Source of the DNA: an uncultured Ruminococcus sp.
Lineage (GTDB): Bacteria; Bacillota; Clostridia; Oscillospirales; CAG-272
DNA length: 60,675 nt
Reading direction: 5' to 3'
Assembly: GCA_964634795.1 (NCBI GenBank)
Contig: CAZWLL010000007.1
Coordinates: forward strand, 1-60,675
Each line of letters begins with the position of its first letter. Position 1 is the stretch's first letter. Below are positions 29,219 to 39,948 of the stretch, piece after piece. A program made the translations under genes and the position numbers. The notes under the pieces are model-generated. The model was given only the letters and a program-made list of their open reading frames with translations, did not search any database and was not told where the DNA came from.

Positions 29219-30547
29219 ATGCAGAAAAATAAAAAAGACGAAGAAGAAATCTCTGCGTATTATCCGGACGGAGATTCGGAAAATATGGAGAAGGATGATC
29301 TTGAGGAAGAGTTTTACAGTCAGAATCAAAAAAAGAAAAAGAAGATAAAGAAGAAAAACGCAAGAATAACAAAGTCACAGCTTGCGCTTATAATCGGAAT
29401 TTTCGTAATCTATACGGTGATAATATTTACGGCATCGTGGCTGATATTTTATAAACCCGCACACAGCAGCAGCGGCGTGACCGAGCTGCCGTTCGAAACG
29501 GAAACCGCGGAAACTCACGATGAAGAAAATCCTCCGCTTGACGGAGAAAGCTCATCCGACAAAACCGAAAACAATGCGGTTATAAAAGACGAATATACCG
29601 CCAAAGAAGGCGTTTACAATATATTGGTGGTAGGTCATGATGATGAGGCGTCACTTGCCGATGTCACGATGATAGTCAATGTCAATGAGAACGATAAAAG
29701 CATAACGGTAATGCAGTTCCCGAGAGACACGCTTGTCTCCGACGAGTACGCACCGCTTACAAATCGTATAAACAATGCCTTCAATACCTTTTACAGTCAG
29801 GCGTATTATAACGGAGACAGTGACGCGTACATGACTGCGGTAAAAGAATACGAAGAAATGCTTGAAAAAAGCCTGTGTATAAATATCAACTTCTCAGTAC
29901 TAATGGGACTGGACGGTTTCCGAGGAATCGTGGATGCGATGGGAGGCGTGGATGTTTATGTTCCCGCTGATATGTATTACTCAGACCCCGAGCAGGATTT
30001 ATATATAAGTATTCCCGCGGGATATCAGCATTTGGACGGAAGTGACGCCGAGGGATTTGTAAGATTCCGTTCAGGTTATCTGCAGGCTGACCTCGGAAGA
30101 GTCAACGCACAAAAAATATTCCTCACGGCAATGTTCAATAAAGTTAAGGAAACAGTCAAATCGGTAAATGTCACGGTTTTGACTAATATAGCGAACGAAA
30201 TATTCAAATGCGTTGACACGGATATGAGTATTTCGGATATCGTATATTTCGCTAAGCTGTTTTTGAATATTGATTTGTCCGGAATCAATATGATGACTAT
30301 TCCCGGCAACATGGCAGGACAGTATTATGTCGTTAACCGTGCTTCAACCTTAAAGGTTATAAACGAGTATTACAATATTTATAATAAAGAGATAAGTGAT
30401 TCTATATTTGATAAAAATTATATATTCTGCGACACCGATGCACAATACATTTGTGATGTGTACTTTGATACATCCGATACAATATATGATGGAGTACACA
30501 ATGCGGAAGAAATCGATGACGAATCAATTTATATTCCAAGGACATAA
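29219..30547 (+). CDS. LytR-CpsA-Psr (LCP) family cell-wall glycopolymer ligase
   Basis: One TM segment, NILVVGHD, DVTMIV, FPRDT, VDAMGGVDV, FVRFRS...ADLGRVNAQ. Confidence 0.9.
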   Translation: MQKNKKDEEEISAYYPDGDSENMEKDDLEEEFYSQNQKKKKKIKKKNARITKSQLALIIGIFVIYTVIIFTASWLIFYKPAHSSSGVTELPFETETAETHDEENPPLDGESSSDKTENNAVIKDEYTAKEGVYNILVVGHDDEASLADVTMIVNVNENDKSITVMQFPRDTLVSDEYAPLTNRINNAFNTFYSQAYYNGDSDAYMTAVKEYEEMLEKSLCININFSVLMGLDGFRGIVDAMGGVDVYVPADMYYSDPEQDLYISIPAGYQHLDGSDAEGFVRFRSGYLQADLGRVNAQKIFLTAMFNKVKETVKSVNVTVLTNIANEIFKCVDTDMSISDIVYFAKLFLNIDLSGINMMTIPGNMAGQYYVVNRASTLKVINEYYNIYNKEISDSIFDKNYIFCDTDAQYICDVYFDTSDTIYDGVHNAEEIDDESIYIPRT

Positions 30548-30567
30548 ATGAAAGGATTGGTGAACAT

Positions 30568-30984
30568 ATGGATACCGAAATCACAAAGCTTCCGATTGAA
30601 GAAAATTTAACTTCGGAAGACCTCAACGAACCCGAGAAACTTGCCAAGTTTATCGTTTCAATCCTGGACTCAAAAAGAGCAAAAGGAATAAAGCTTCTGC
30701 ATGTGGAAAAACAAACTGTTATCGCGGATTATTTCGTAATTTGTACGGGTAATTCGAGAACACAGATACGTGCATTGGCGGATGAGGTAGAGTTTAAGCT
30801 GTCACAGTACGGAATTGCTCCGAGTCATGTAGAGGGTACGGACTCCGGTGTGTGGGTGCTTCAGGATTTCAACTCCGTTATTGTGCATATCTTCACATCA
30901 GACGGACGTGATTATTATAAGCTTGAAAAGCTTTACCAGGAAACGACTGAGAAGGATATTAAAGGACTCATAACCGAGGAGTAA
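30568..30984 (+). CDS. rsfS: Ribosome silencing factor RsfS
   Basis: IADYFVICTGNS, WVLQDF, VHIF, YYKLEKLY. Confidence 0.93.
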   Translation: MDTEITKLPIEENLTSEDLNEPEKLAKFIVSILDSKRAKGIKLLHVEKQTVIADYFVICTGNSRTQIRALADEVEFKLSQYGIAPSHVEGTDSGVWVLQDFNSVIVHIFTSDGRDYYKLEKLYQETTEKDIKGLITEE

Positions 30985-31015
30985 AAAATTAATCTATATC
31001 ATAAGGAAGTTAATC

Positions 31016-33415
31016 ATGAGATACGATTTTGGCAAAATTGAGAAAAAATGGCAGGATAAATGGGAAGAAGCGGGAATTTTCAAAGCTACAGATGACTATT
31101 CGAAACCGAAATTTTACGGTTTGGTAGAATTTCCCTATCCGAGCGGCGCGGGAATGCACGTAGGACATATTAAGGCGTATTCCGGACTTGAGGTAATTTC
31201 CCGTAAAAGAAGAATGGAAGGCTACAATGTTCTTTTCCCGATAGGATTCGATGCGTTCGGACTTCCGACAGAGAATTATGCAATCAAAACCAATACCCAT
31301 CCGAGAATTGTTACCGATAAGAATATTCATAAGTTTACCTCACAGCTCAAGAGAGTAGGCTTTTCATTCGACTGGTCGAGAGTGATTGATACCACCGAGG
31401 AAGGCTATTATAAGTGGACGCAATGGATATTCTTGAAGATGTTCGATGCGGGCTTGGTATTCCGTTCAAAGGCTCTTGTAAACTATTGTCCGCATTGTAA
31501 GGTAGTTTTGTCAAATGAGGATTCTCAAGGCGGTAAATGCGACATATGTCACAGTGAAATCGTTCAGAAGTCAAAGGATGTATGGTATCTCAGAATTACC
31601 GAGTATGCCGATAAGCTTCTTGACGGATTGAAGGATGTAGATTACCTTCCCAATATTAAGCTTCAGCAGGAAAACTGGATAGGACGTTCCGAGGGTGCGT
31701 TTGTTAATTTCGCGCTCACAAACTGCGACGAGAAGCTCAGAATTTACACCACACGTTGTGACACAATGTTCGGCGCAACCTTCATGGTAATAGCTCCCGA
31801 GCATCCGATTATCGAAAAATATCGCGACAGAATTAATAATATCGCAGAGCTCGACGCATATAAGGAAGAATGCGCAAAGAAGACCGAGTTCGAGAGAACT
31901 CAGCTTACAAAGGATAAAACCGGTGTGAGAATTGACGGCATTTCCGCGATTAATCCCGTAAACGGTAAGGAAATCCCGATTTATATTTCCGATTACGTTA
32001 TGATGGGATACGGTACAGGCGCGATTATGGCTGTTCCCGCACATGATGACAGAGACTATGAATTCGCAAAGAAATTCGGTATAGATATAATCGAAGTAAT
32101 CAAAGGCGGAGACATTACCAAGGAAGCGTACACAGGTGACGGCCCGATGGTTAATTCCGGATTCCTTGACGGTATTGCGACAAAGAAAGAAGCAATTGCC
32201 AAAATGCTGGAATTCCTCGCGGAAAAAGGAATCGGTGAAAAGGGTGTACAGTACAAAATGAAGGACTGGGCATTCAACCGTCAGAGATACTGGGGTGAAC
32301 CTATTCCGATTGTTCATTGTCCTCACTGCGGTATGGTCGGCGTTCCTTACGATGAACTGCCGCTGAAATTGCCCGAGGTAGAAAACTTCGAACCCGGTGA
32401 AGGCGGTGAAAGCCCGCTTGCTAAGATAGATTCGTTTGTAAACTGCAAATGCCCGAAGTGCGGAGGAGATGCAAAACGCGAAACCGATACAATGCCTCAG
32501 TGGGCAGGTTCATCGTGGTATTTCATCCGCTATTGCGATCCGCACAATGATAAGTGTATCGCATCCGATGAGGCTATGAAATACTGGCTTCCCGTTGACT
32601 GGTACAACGGAGGCATGGAGCATGTTACGCGCCACCTTATTTATTCCAGATTCTGGTACAGCTTCCTTTACGATATCGGTGTTGTTCCCACAAAGGAACC
32701 TTACGCAAAGCGTACCGCACAGGGACTTATTCTCGGTCCCGACGGCGAAAAAATGAGTAAATCAAAGGGCAACGTAATTGACCCGAATGATGTTGTTGAT
32801 GAGTACGGCGCCGATGTACTCAGAGTTTATACTCTCTTCATGGGAGATTATACATCGTCAGCTCCGTGGAACGACAACAGCGTTAAAGGCTGCAAGAGAT
32901 TCTTAGACAGAGTGGCTGGACTTACGGATATGATATCACAGGATAAATCCGATAAGCTTGACATTTCTTTCAACAAGACGATTAAGAAAGTAACATCCGA
33001 TATTGAAGATATGAAATTCAATACGGCGATTGCCGCAATGATGTCGCTCCTCAATGATATTTACGACAACGGTTCGCTTACTAAGGATCAGCTTGTTGAC
33101 TTCATCTCGATTCTTTGTCCGTTCGCACCTCATATCTGTGAGGAAATGTGGGAGACTGTCGGCGGCAGCGGATTCCTTTCCGTACATGCATGGCCGGGAT
33201 ACGATGACGCGAAAACAAAAGACAATGAAATCGAAATAGCGGTACAGATATGCGGAAAGCTCAAGGGAACAATTACCGTAACTCCGGATACAACAAAAGA
33301 TGAAGCAATTGCACTTGCTCTCGCAGATGAGAAGATAAAACAGCTTCTCGAAGGAAAACAGGTTGTGAAGGAAATTTATATTCCGGGCAAAATAGTAAAT
33401 ATTGTAGCGAAGTAA
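31016..33415 (+). CDS. leuS: Leucine--tRNA ligase
   Basis: FPYPSGAGMHVGH, GFDAFGLPTEN, GTGAIMAVPAHDDRD, KMSKSKGN. Confidence 0.97.
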   Translation: MRYDFGKIEKKWQDKWEEAGIFKATDDYSKPKFYGLVEFPYPSGAGMHVGHIKAYSGLEVISRKRRMEGYNVLFPIGFDAFGLPTENYAIKTNTHPRIVTDKNIHKFTSQLKRVGFSFDWSRVIDTTEEGYYKWTQWIFLKMFDAGLVFRSKALVNYCPHCKVVLSNEDSQGGKCDICHSEIVQKSKDVWYLRITEYADKLLDGLKDVDYLPNIKLQQENWIGRSEGAFVNFALTNCDEKLRIYTTRCDTMFGATFMVIAPEHPIIEKYRDRINNIAELDAYKEECAKKTEFERTQLTKDKTGVRIDGISAINPVNGKEIPIYISDYVMMGYGTGAIMAVPAHDDRDYEFAKKFGIDIIEVIKGGDITKEAYTGDGPMVNSGFLDGIATKKEAIAKMLEFLAEKGIGEKGVQYKMKDWAFNRQRYWGEPIPIVHCPHCGMVGVPYDELPLKLPEVENFEPGEGGESPLAKIDSFVNCKCPKCGGDAKRETDTMPQWAGSSWYFIRYCDPHNDKCIASDEAMKYWLPVDWYNGGMEHVTRHLIYSRFWYSFLYDIGVVPTKEPYAKRTAQGLILGPDGEKMSKSKGNVIDPNDVVDEYGADVLRVYTLFMGDYTSSAPWNDNSVKGCKRFLDRVAGLTDMISQDKSDKLDISFNKTIKKVTSDIEDMKFNTAIAAMMSLLNDIYDNGSLTKDQLVDFISILCPFAPHICEEMWETVGGSGFLSVHAWPGYDDAKTKDNEIEIAVQICGKLKGTITVTPDTTKDEAIALALADEKIKQLLEGKQVVKEIYIPGKIVNIVAK

Positions 33416-33451
33416 TTTTCAGTACCGATTTAAAATTATTTTGATTCCGTA

Positions 33452-33480
33452 TTGACAAATAACGGGAAATACGCTATAAT
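33452..33480 (+). promoter_or_regulatory. Consensus sigmaA promoter of rpsU
   Basis: TTGACA, 17 nt, TATAAT. Confidence 0.85.
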
Positions 33481-33540
33481 AATAAAGGGTAAAATATTAA
33501 TTATTTACCTTTGCCTAATGCGAAGGGAGGGAATAGAGAG

Positions 33541-33717
33541 ATGGCAGAAATCAGAGTTAAAGAGAATGAATCGCTTGACAGTGCTCTTCGTCGTTTTAAG
33601 AGACAGTGCCAGCGTTCAGGCATCCAAGCCGAGCTTCGCAAAAGAGAATGCTATGAGAAGCCCAGCGTAAAGAGAAAGAAAAAGTCAGAGGCTGCAAGAA
33701 AGCGTAAATATAAGTAA
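33541..33717 (+). CDS. rpsU: 30S ribosomal protein S21
   Basis: [22 protein letters not shown]...[19 protein letters not shown]. Confidence 0.96.
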   Translation: MAEIRVKENESLDSALRRFKRQCQRSGIQAELRKRECYEKPSVKRKKKSEAARKRKYK

Positions 33718-33742
33718 TTCTTTCTTTAATTTATACATTATA

Positions 33743-33773
33743 AAGATCAATCTGAAAAAGATTGGTCTTTTTT
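33743..33773 (+). terminator. Intrinsic terminator of rpsU
   Basis: AAGATCAATCT-GAAA-AGATTGGTCTT, then T-tract. Confidence 0.8.
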
Positions 33774-33796
33774 GTTGTTCATTAACTAAAATTATA

Positions 33797-33825
33797 TTGA
33801 CAAACACTGAAATAGTTGTTATAAT
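33797..33825 (+). promoter_or_regulatory. Consensus sigmaA promoter
   Basis: TTGACA, 17 nt, TATAAT. Confidence 0.8.
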
Positions 33826-33877
33826 AGCGACAGAAACGTTGTTCGTTAAATATTTATTATACGTTAGGAGAACAAAA

Positions 33878-34879
33878 ATGGCAAAAATTAAAGCTGCTTT
33901 TATCGGTTGCGGCGGACGCAACGGCGTGCATCTTGACAAATGCATGGAAATGGGCGATGTTGAATTTGTAGGCTTCTGCGATGTAGTAGAAGAAAAAGCA
34001 TACAAGTATGCTGAGCGTACAAAGACAGATCCCACAGGAAAGATTTTCAGAAACTATAAGGATCTTCTCGCTAATACTAATCCCGAGGTTATTTTTATCG
34101 CTGTTCCTCCGCATCAGCATGGCGAAATCGAACCTGCCGTAATCGAAAAGGGAATTCCGTTCCTTGTTGAAAAGCCTATCGCGCTTGACATTAAGACAGC
34201 GGAATCTATCGGCGAAATGGTTAAGAAGAAAGACCTTATCACCGCTACCGGTTTCCAGGACAGATATCAGAACCTCACTCAGATAATGAAGGACTACATT
34301 AAAGATAAAGAAGTAGGTCTCGTATCCGGCGCATGGTTCGGCGGAATCCCCGGTGTTGAATGGTGGAGAAGAATGGAAACATCAGGCGGTCAGGTAGTTG
34401 AACAGAATATTCATATATTCGACCAGGCACGTTTCCTCTTCGGCGAACCTCTTTACGTAAACTGCGCAGGATCGAGAGGTATTGTTGATCCCGACGAATA
34501 CGGCGTACCCGGATACAACGTACACGACTATTCCTCAGCTGTAATTAAGTTTAAGAGCGGTGTAGTAGCTAACATTTTCACAGGCTGCTACGTACGTGCA
34601 GGCGGCGGAATGCAGAGCGGTATGAATATTTACTGTAAGGACGCTACTCTTGAATATGCACTTCGCAGCTGGCTCAAAATCAGAGATATAAACGGCGAGC
34701 AGTACTATGAGAGAGGCGAAGAGCAGACCGGCATTATGGATAAAATCTTCATTAATGCAGTTCGTACAGGCGACAGATCGAAGATCTTAGCTGACTATGA
34801 CAATGCTATCAAGTCACTCAGACTTTGCCTTGCATGCAACGAGTCTATTGAAACAGGAAAGACCATATTCCTCGCATAA
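33878..34879 (+). CDS. Gfo/Idh/MocA-family oxidoreductase
   Basis: AAFIGCGG, IAVPPHQH, FLVEKP, EQNIHIFD; start at ATG 33878 after AGGAG. Confidence 0.9.
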   Translation: MAKIKAAFIGCGGRNGVHLDKCMEMGDVEFVGFCDVVEEKAYKYAERTKTDPTGKIFRNYKDLLANTNPEVIFIAVPPHQHGEIEPAVIEKGIPFLVEKPIALDIKTAESIGEMVKKKDLITATGFQDRYQNLTQIMKDYIKDKEVGLVSGAWFGGIPGVEWWRRMETSGGQVVEQNIHIFDQARFLFGEPLYVNCAGSRGIVDPDEYGVPGYNVHDYSSAVIKFKSGVVANIFTGCYVRAGGGMQSGMNIYCKDATLEYALRSWLKIRDINGEQYYERGEEQTGIMDKIFINAVRTGDRSKILADYDNAIKSLRLCLACNESIETGKTIFLA

Positions 34880-34897
34880 GCAAATTAAAATAATTAT

Positions 34898-34931
34898 AGG
34901 GGTCGCATCGGAATGTTCTGATGCGGCCCCT
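34898..34931 (+). terminator. Terminator hairpin
   Basis: AGGGGTCGCATCGGAA/TTCTGATGCGGCCCCT stem. Confidence 0.7.
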
Positions 34932-35007
34932 TAGTCTTTCATATCGGTTTGTTCAGTGTGCAATAAAAGTTATTTTTCGATTTACGTGATTCAATAATAA
35001 AAACATA

Positions 35008-35036
35008 TTGAAAAAAAAGCCAATATGTGCTAAAAT
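35008..35036 (+). promoter_or_regulatory. sigmaA promoter (extended -10) for coaE
   Basis: TTGAAA, 17 nt, TAAAAT preceded by TGn. Confidence 0.65.
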
Positions 35037-35078
35037 ACATTAGAATGCAGTAAAATAGACGATATAACGGAGAAAATA

Positions 35079-35708
35079 ATGCTTGTCGGTTTATGCGGCG
35101 GAAGCGGTGCCGGTAAAGGATATGTTGCGGAATTATTTTTGGAACGCGGAATTCCGTCAATTGATACGGATGCGGTTTACAGAAATCTTACAGCCCCTGC
35201 GTCAGAGCCATCTGAATGTATGAAAGCCCTGTGCTGTCATTTCGGAAACATAGTTTTAAGTGAGGACAATTCACTCAATCGTGCCGAGATGCGCCGTTTA
35301 GTGTTCGGAGAAGAAAATAAGGAAAATCTAAAAGCGCTTAACAGGATATCTCATAAGTTTATACTCGAGAAAACCTTGAGCTTAGCTGAGGAGTATGAAA
35401 ATAACGGATTCGGTATTGTGCTCATTGATGCGCCTGTTTTGTACGAAAGTGGGTTCGATAAGCTGTGCGAAAAAGTAATATGTGTAACGGCAGATAAAAA
35501 GGTACGAATCCGCAGAATCGTCAGACGTGACAAAATAACCGAAGAAGCAGCCAAAGAGCGTATAATATCACAGACCTCGGCAAAAGAAGCCGAAGAAAAA
35601 GCGGACTACGTTATAGAAAATAACGGCAATGATGCTGAAATGATTCCGAAAATCGATGATTGTGTTGCGGACTTAAAAAAACTGTATAACAGTAAAGAAA
35701 GTATATAA
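35079..35708 (+). CDS. coaE: Dephospho-CoA kinase
   Basis: VGLCGGSGAGKG, IDTD, LNRISH, DAPVLYES. Confidence 0.9.
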   Translation: MLVGLCGGSGAGKGYVAELFLERGIPSIDTDAVYRNLTAPASEPSECMKALCCHFGNIVLSEDNSLNRAEMRRLVFGEENKENLKALNRISHKFILEKTLSLAEEYENNGFGIVLIDAPVLYESGFDKLCEKVICVTADKKVRIRRIVRRDKITEEAAKERIISQTSAKEAEEKADYVIENNGNDAEMIPKIDDCVADLKKLYNSKESI

Positions 35709-35709
35709 A

Positions 35710-36291
35710 ATGAATCTGAGTAAAGCCGTTCACAGAAGTTTTGTCATAGTAGTTATATTGGTTCTGTCACTTGCGGTCGGTTATGCATATTCGATAATCG
35801 GTCATCGCGCTGATTTAAAAAGTCACCCTCGTGAATACACGGAATATGTGGAAAAATATGCGGAAGAATACGGAGTTCCCGAATATATAATCTATGCGGT
35901 TATATTGGAGGAAAGCGGATTTACGAGCAACCTCGCGTCCGATGACGGCAGAGTAGGCCTAATGCAAATTTCCGCGGATGCTTTTTATGATATATCGGAT
36001 TTGCTCGACGAGGAAAACGAAATCGGAATACTTTACGACCCCGAAACCAATATCCGCTACGGAACATATTATTTATCCTATCTGTATACCGAATACAGCC
36101 GTTGGAAAAATGTTTATGCGGCATATCTGACGGATACCGAGCAATATGAAGCCTGGGCTGAAAATGCAAGTTATACAGATGAAAACGGAAACCTAAATTT
36201 TGTTCCCGATGACAATGTAAGTGAGAAAATCGAAAATATCGAAGAAGCAGCCGAGCTTTATAAAGAGCTCTATTATAATTTAAGCAATTAA
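35710..36291 (+). CDS. Membrane-anchored SLT-domain lytic transglycosylase
   Basis: N-terminal TM, YAVILEESGF (catalytic Glu), GLMQI, LYDPETNIRYGTYYL. Confidence 0.85.
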   Translation: MNLSKAVHRSFVIVVILVLSLAVGYAYSIIGHRADLKSHPREYTEYVEKYAEEYGVPEYIIYAVILEESGFTSNLASDDGRVGLMQISADAFYDISDLLDEENEIGILYDPETNIRYGTYYLSYLYTEYSRWKNVYAAYLTDTEQYEAWAENASYTDENGNLNFVPDDNVSEKIENIEEAAELYKELYYNLSN

Positions 36292-36311
36292 GATGAAAGG
36301 ATATAATAAAA

Positions 36312-37724
36312 ATGAGTGAGAAGACAAAAGGTCAAACCTTAAAAGAAGAACTTTTCTATAAGAAGAAGAATGTTTTCGAGGTTAAAACACCCGAAGAACT
36401 TAATGCCGCAAAGGAATATGCAAAAAAGTATGCGGCATGGCTTGACAACGTAAAAACCGAGCGTGAAGCTGTAAAGATGTCTATAGCTATGCTTGAAAAA
36501 GAAGGCTATAAGGAATATAAGCTCGGTGATAAAATTGCCGCAGGTGATAAGCTTTATCTTAACAATCGCGGTAAGGGATTGTTCGCGTTCAGAGTAGGCA
36601 CGGAAAACATCGATAACGGTGTAAGAATCTGTGCGGCTCACATAGACTCTCCCAGACTTGATTTAAAGCAGCATCCTCTTTTCGAAAATGACGGAGTAGC
36701 ATATTTTAAGACTCACTATTACGGCGGAATCAGAAAATACCAGTGGGCTACCATTCCGCTTGCCGTTCACGGAGTTGTTACAAAAGCAGATGGCACCACA
36801 GTTGATGTAAAAATAGGTGATGAAGCCGGCGATCCCGTATTCTGCATAACAGACCTTCTCCCTCATCTCGCAAAGGATCAGAATGCACGTTCTCTCGGAC
36901 AGGCATTCACAGGTGAAGGACTTAATGTAATTCTCGGCACATCTCCCTATATCGAAGAAGACGGTAAAATTACTCCCGCAGATGAAAAAGCAAAGCTCAA
37001 CATTATGATAATGCTGAACGAAAAGTACGGTATTACCGAAGCTGATTTTATGAGCGCCGAGCTTTGCATAGTTCCCGCTCAGAATACCGTTGATGTCGGT
37101 ATGGACAGATGGCTTATCGGTTCATACGGTCACGATGACAGAGTATGCGCATATCCCGCACTTACCGCACTTATTGAAAGCAATGATTCCGTTCATACCT
37201 GCATGACAGTTCTTGCGGATAAAGAGGAAACGGGAAGCGACGGTATAAGCGGTATGCAGTGCTGCCTGCTGTTTGATATTATCGATGAACTCGCGAAAAA
37301 TCTCGGCGGCAACACAAACGTTGTTCGCATGAATTCCAAGTGTCTGTCTGCAGACGTAACTGTTTGCTATGACCCGAATTATCCCGAGGTTTCCGAAAAG
37401 CGCAACTCATCTATTATGCATTGCGGTGTCGGCCTTTCGAAATATACAGGTTCAGGCGGAAAAGGCGGTACAAACGATGCATCCGCTGAGCTTGTCGGAT
37501 ATGTCCGCAAAATATTCGATGATGCCGGTGTAATCTGGCAGACAGCAGAGCTCGGAAAGGTTGACCAGGGCGGCGGCGGAACAGTTGCGAAATACATTGC
37601 AAACCACAATATAGAAACTGTTGACATCGGTGTACCGGTACTTTCAATGCACGCTCCGTTTGAGCTGATTTCAAAAGCTGATTTGTATGAAGCTCACCGT
37701 GCATTCAGCGCGTTCTGCCACTAA
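36312..37724 (+). CDS. M18-family aminopeptidase
   Basis: AHIDSPRL, HYYGGIRKYQW, YGHDDRVC, DKEETGS, LSMHAP. Confidence 0.92.
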   Translation: MSEKTKGQTLKEELFYKKKNVFEVKTPEELNAAKEYAKKYAAWLDNVKTEREAVKMSIAMLEKEGYKEYKLGDKIAAGDKLYLNNRGKGLFAFRVGTENIDNGVRICAAHIDSPRLDLKQHPLFENDGVAYFKTHYYGGIRKYQWATIPLAVHGVVTKADGTTVDVKIGDEAGDPVFCITDLLPHLAKDQNARSLGQAFTGEGLNVILGTSPYIEEDGKITPADEKAKLNIMIMLNEKYGITEADFMSAELCIVPAQNTVDVGMDRWLIGSYGHDDRVCAYPALTALIESNDSVHTCMTVLADKEETGSDGISGMQCCLLFDIIDELAKNLGGNTNVVRMNSKCLSADVTVCYDPNYPEVSEKRNSSIMHCGVGLSKYTGSGGKGGTNDASAELVGYVRKIFDDAGVIWQTAELGKVDQGGGGTVAKYIANHNIETVDIGVPVLSMHAPFELISKADLYEAHRAFSAFCH

Positions 37725-37805
37725 TCAATAAAGATATTTCCGGTGTATCTTTTGTTGTACACCGGATTATGCTTTTTATAAATCATATTTTTAACGGATG
37801 GTTTT

Positions 37806-38876
37806 ATGCTCGACAAACTTAAAGAAGCTGAAGCAAGATTCGAAAATATAGAATCGGAGCTTTCGAAAAGCGAAACTATGCAGGATATGGAACGCTTTAC
37901 CGCACTGATGAAGGATAGAGCGAACCTTGCTCCTGTTATTGAAAAATATAGGGAATATAAAAAGGCTGTCAGCGATTCCGAGGAAGCGCTCATGCTGCTT
38001 GAAACCGAGAATGATCCCGAATTACGTGAAATGGCTGAAGAAGAACTTAAAAGCGCTAAATCAAATGCGGCTAAATTTGAGGAAGAGCTTAAAATATTAC
38101 TTCTTCCCAAAGATCCGATGGATGAAAAAAACGTTATGATCGAAATAAGAGCCGGTGCAGGCGGAGACGAGGCTGCTTTATTTGCAGGCGTGCTGTATCG
38201 TATGTATACGATGTATGCCGATATAATGAAGTATAAAACCGAAACCGTAAGCATGAATGAAACCGGACTCGGAGGCTTTCGCGAAATTACGTTTATGATT
38301 ACAGGAAAAGGTGCATATTCACGTTTTAAGTACGAGAGCGGTGTACATCGTGTTCAAAGAGTGCCTGAAACAGAATCATCCGGAAGAATACACACATCTA
38401 CCGCAACAGTTGCCGTGCTTCCCGAGGCTGAGGACGTCGAGGTAGAGATAAATCAGAACGATCTCGAAATCGAAACAATCAAATCAAGCGGAGCTGGCGG
38501 ACAGCATGTCAATAAAACCGAATCTGCAATACGTCTTCTTCACAAACCGACAGGTATTGTAATTGAATGTCAGGATGAACGCAGCCAATTCAAAAACCGT
38601 GATAAAGCGATGAAGCTCCTCAGAGCAAAGCTGTACGATATGAAGACACGTGAGCAGAACGAAAAAATAGCAAGCGAAAGACGTTCTCAAGTCGGAACAG
38701 GTGACAGAAGCGAAAGGATACGCACGTATAACTATCCGCAGGGAAGAGTAACCGACCACAGAATAGGCTACACTATTTATTCACTTGAAAGTTTTCTCAA
38801 CGGAAATATCGACGATATGATTGATGCCCTTGCTACAGCCGATACCGCGGCTAAATTGCAGAACGGAGATATTTGA
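37806..38876 (+). CDS. prfA: Peptide chain release factor 1
   Basis: [27 protein letters not shown] (PxT), [23 protein letters not shown]. Confidence 0.97.
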   Translation: MLDKLKEAEARFENIESELSKSETMQDMERFTALMKDRANLAPVIEKYREYKKAVSDSEEALMLLETENDPELREMAEEELKSAKSNAAKFEEELKILLLPKDPMDEKNVMIEIRAGAGGDEAALFAGVLYRMYTMYADIMKYKTETVSMNETGLGGFREITFMITGKGAYSRFKYESGVHRVQRVPETESSGRIHTSTATVAVLPEAEDVEVEINQNDLEIETIKSSGAGGQHVNKTESAIRLLHKPTGIVIECQDERSQFKNRDKAMKLLRAKLYDMKTREQNEKIASERRSQVGTGDRSERIRTYNYPQGRVTDHRIGYTIYSLESFLNGNIDDMIDALATADTAAKLQNGDI

Positions 38877-38882
38877 TTTACA

Positions 38883-39935
38883 ATGAAGACAGAATATTTA
38901 AAGACAACAGGTACCGAATCCGATATCGAAATAATCAACAAAGCCGCAGAGGTTATAAAGTCGGGAGGCATTGTTGCGATTCCTACCGAAACCGTATACG
39001 GACTTGCGGGCAGTGCGCTTATCGAAAGCTCGGCTGAGAAAATATTTGCGGCGAAAGGCAGACCTGCCGATAACCCGCTGATTGTGCATGTGGCTTACCC
39101 TGCAGAAGCGGAAAGAATAGCTTATCCGAATGAAATGTATTATAAGCTCGCTGAAAAATTCATGCCGGGACCTCTTACTATTATCTTAAAAAAGCGTGAT
39201 ATTCTTCCGAATACCGTAACAGCGGGACTTGATACGGTCGGTATTCGATGCCCGTCGAATCCTATTGCGCATAAGCTCATTGAGGTATCGGGGCATCCTA
39301 TAGCGGCACCGAGTGCTAATCGCTCCGGTATTCCGTCCCCAACAAACGCACATCATGTGCTTGAGGATATGGACGGAAGAATCGATATGATAATTGATGG
39401 CGGGGACTGCGAATTCGGTCTTGAATCTACCGTTATCAAGCTTGACGGAAACGGCTGTGTGGTATTGCGCCCCGGTGCGATTACAACCGATATGCTTGCC
39501 GAAGTGTGTGATAAGGTTGTTGTGTCACCCGCAGTTGTGGAGCCGTCTCTTGCGAATAATATCAAACCCGAATCCCCCGGAATGAAATATAAGCATTATG
39601 CACCTAAAGCAGACGTAAACCTTATCGATGCCGATGATGAAACCTTTATAAGCTATGTGCATGAAAATGCACACGGCAAATACGGACTCCTTATATCCAA
39701 TGAAGATGCAGGCTATTTCAGCGGAGGTGTAATGCTTCTTCTCGGCCCGAAGGGGGATGCAAAGGAAGCATCAAGACGTCTCTTTAATCTTCTCAGACGT
39801 GCAGATGAATTGAACCTTGATACGGTTTACGCTAAGCTTCCTCCGGCATCGGGTGAATATCTTGCGTTTTACAATCGAATAATCAGAGCGGCAGGATGTA
39901 AAATAATCAAACTCAAAAAAAATAAAACGTATTGA
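38883..39935 (+). CDS. sua5: L-threonylcarbamoyladenylate synthase (Sua5)
   Basis: PTETVYGL, KGRPADNPLIVH, AAPSANRSG, PGMKYKHYAP. Confidence 0.93.
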   Translation: MKTEYLKTTGTESDIEIINKAAEVIKSGGIVAIPTETVYGLAGSALIESSAEKIFAAKGRPADNPLIVHVAYPAEAERIAYPNEMYYKLAEKFMPGPLTIILKKRDILPNTVTAGLDTVGIRCPSNPIAHKLIEVSGHPIAAPSANRSGIPSPTNAHHVLEDMDGRIDMIIDGGDCEFGLESTVIKLDGNGCVVLRPGAITTDMLAEVCDKVVVSPAVVEPSLANNIKPESPGMKYKHYAPKADVNLIDADDETFISYVHENAHGKYGLLISNEDAGYFSGGVMLLLGPKGDAKEASRRLFNLLRRADELNLDTVYAKLPPASGEYLAFYNRIIRAAGCKIIKLKKNKTY

Positions 39936-39948
39936 AAAGGGAAAAATT

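Noticed and set aside
30985-31015. T-box riboswitch expected upstream of leuS (and ilvE)
   Set aside because: The gap before leuS is only 31 nt, and no T-box sequence is visible there or before ilvE.
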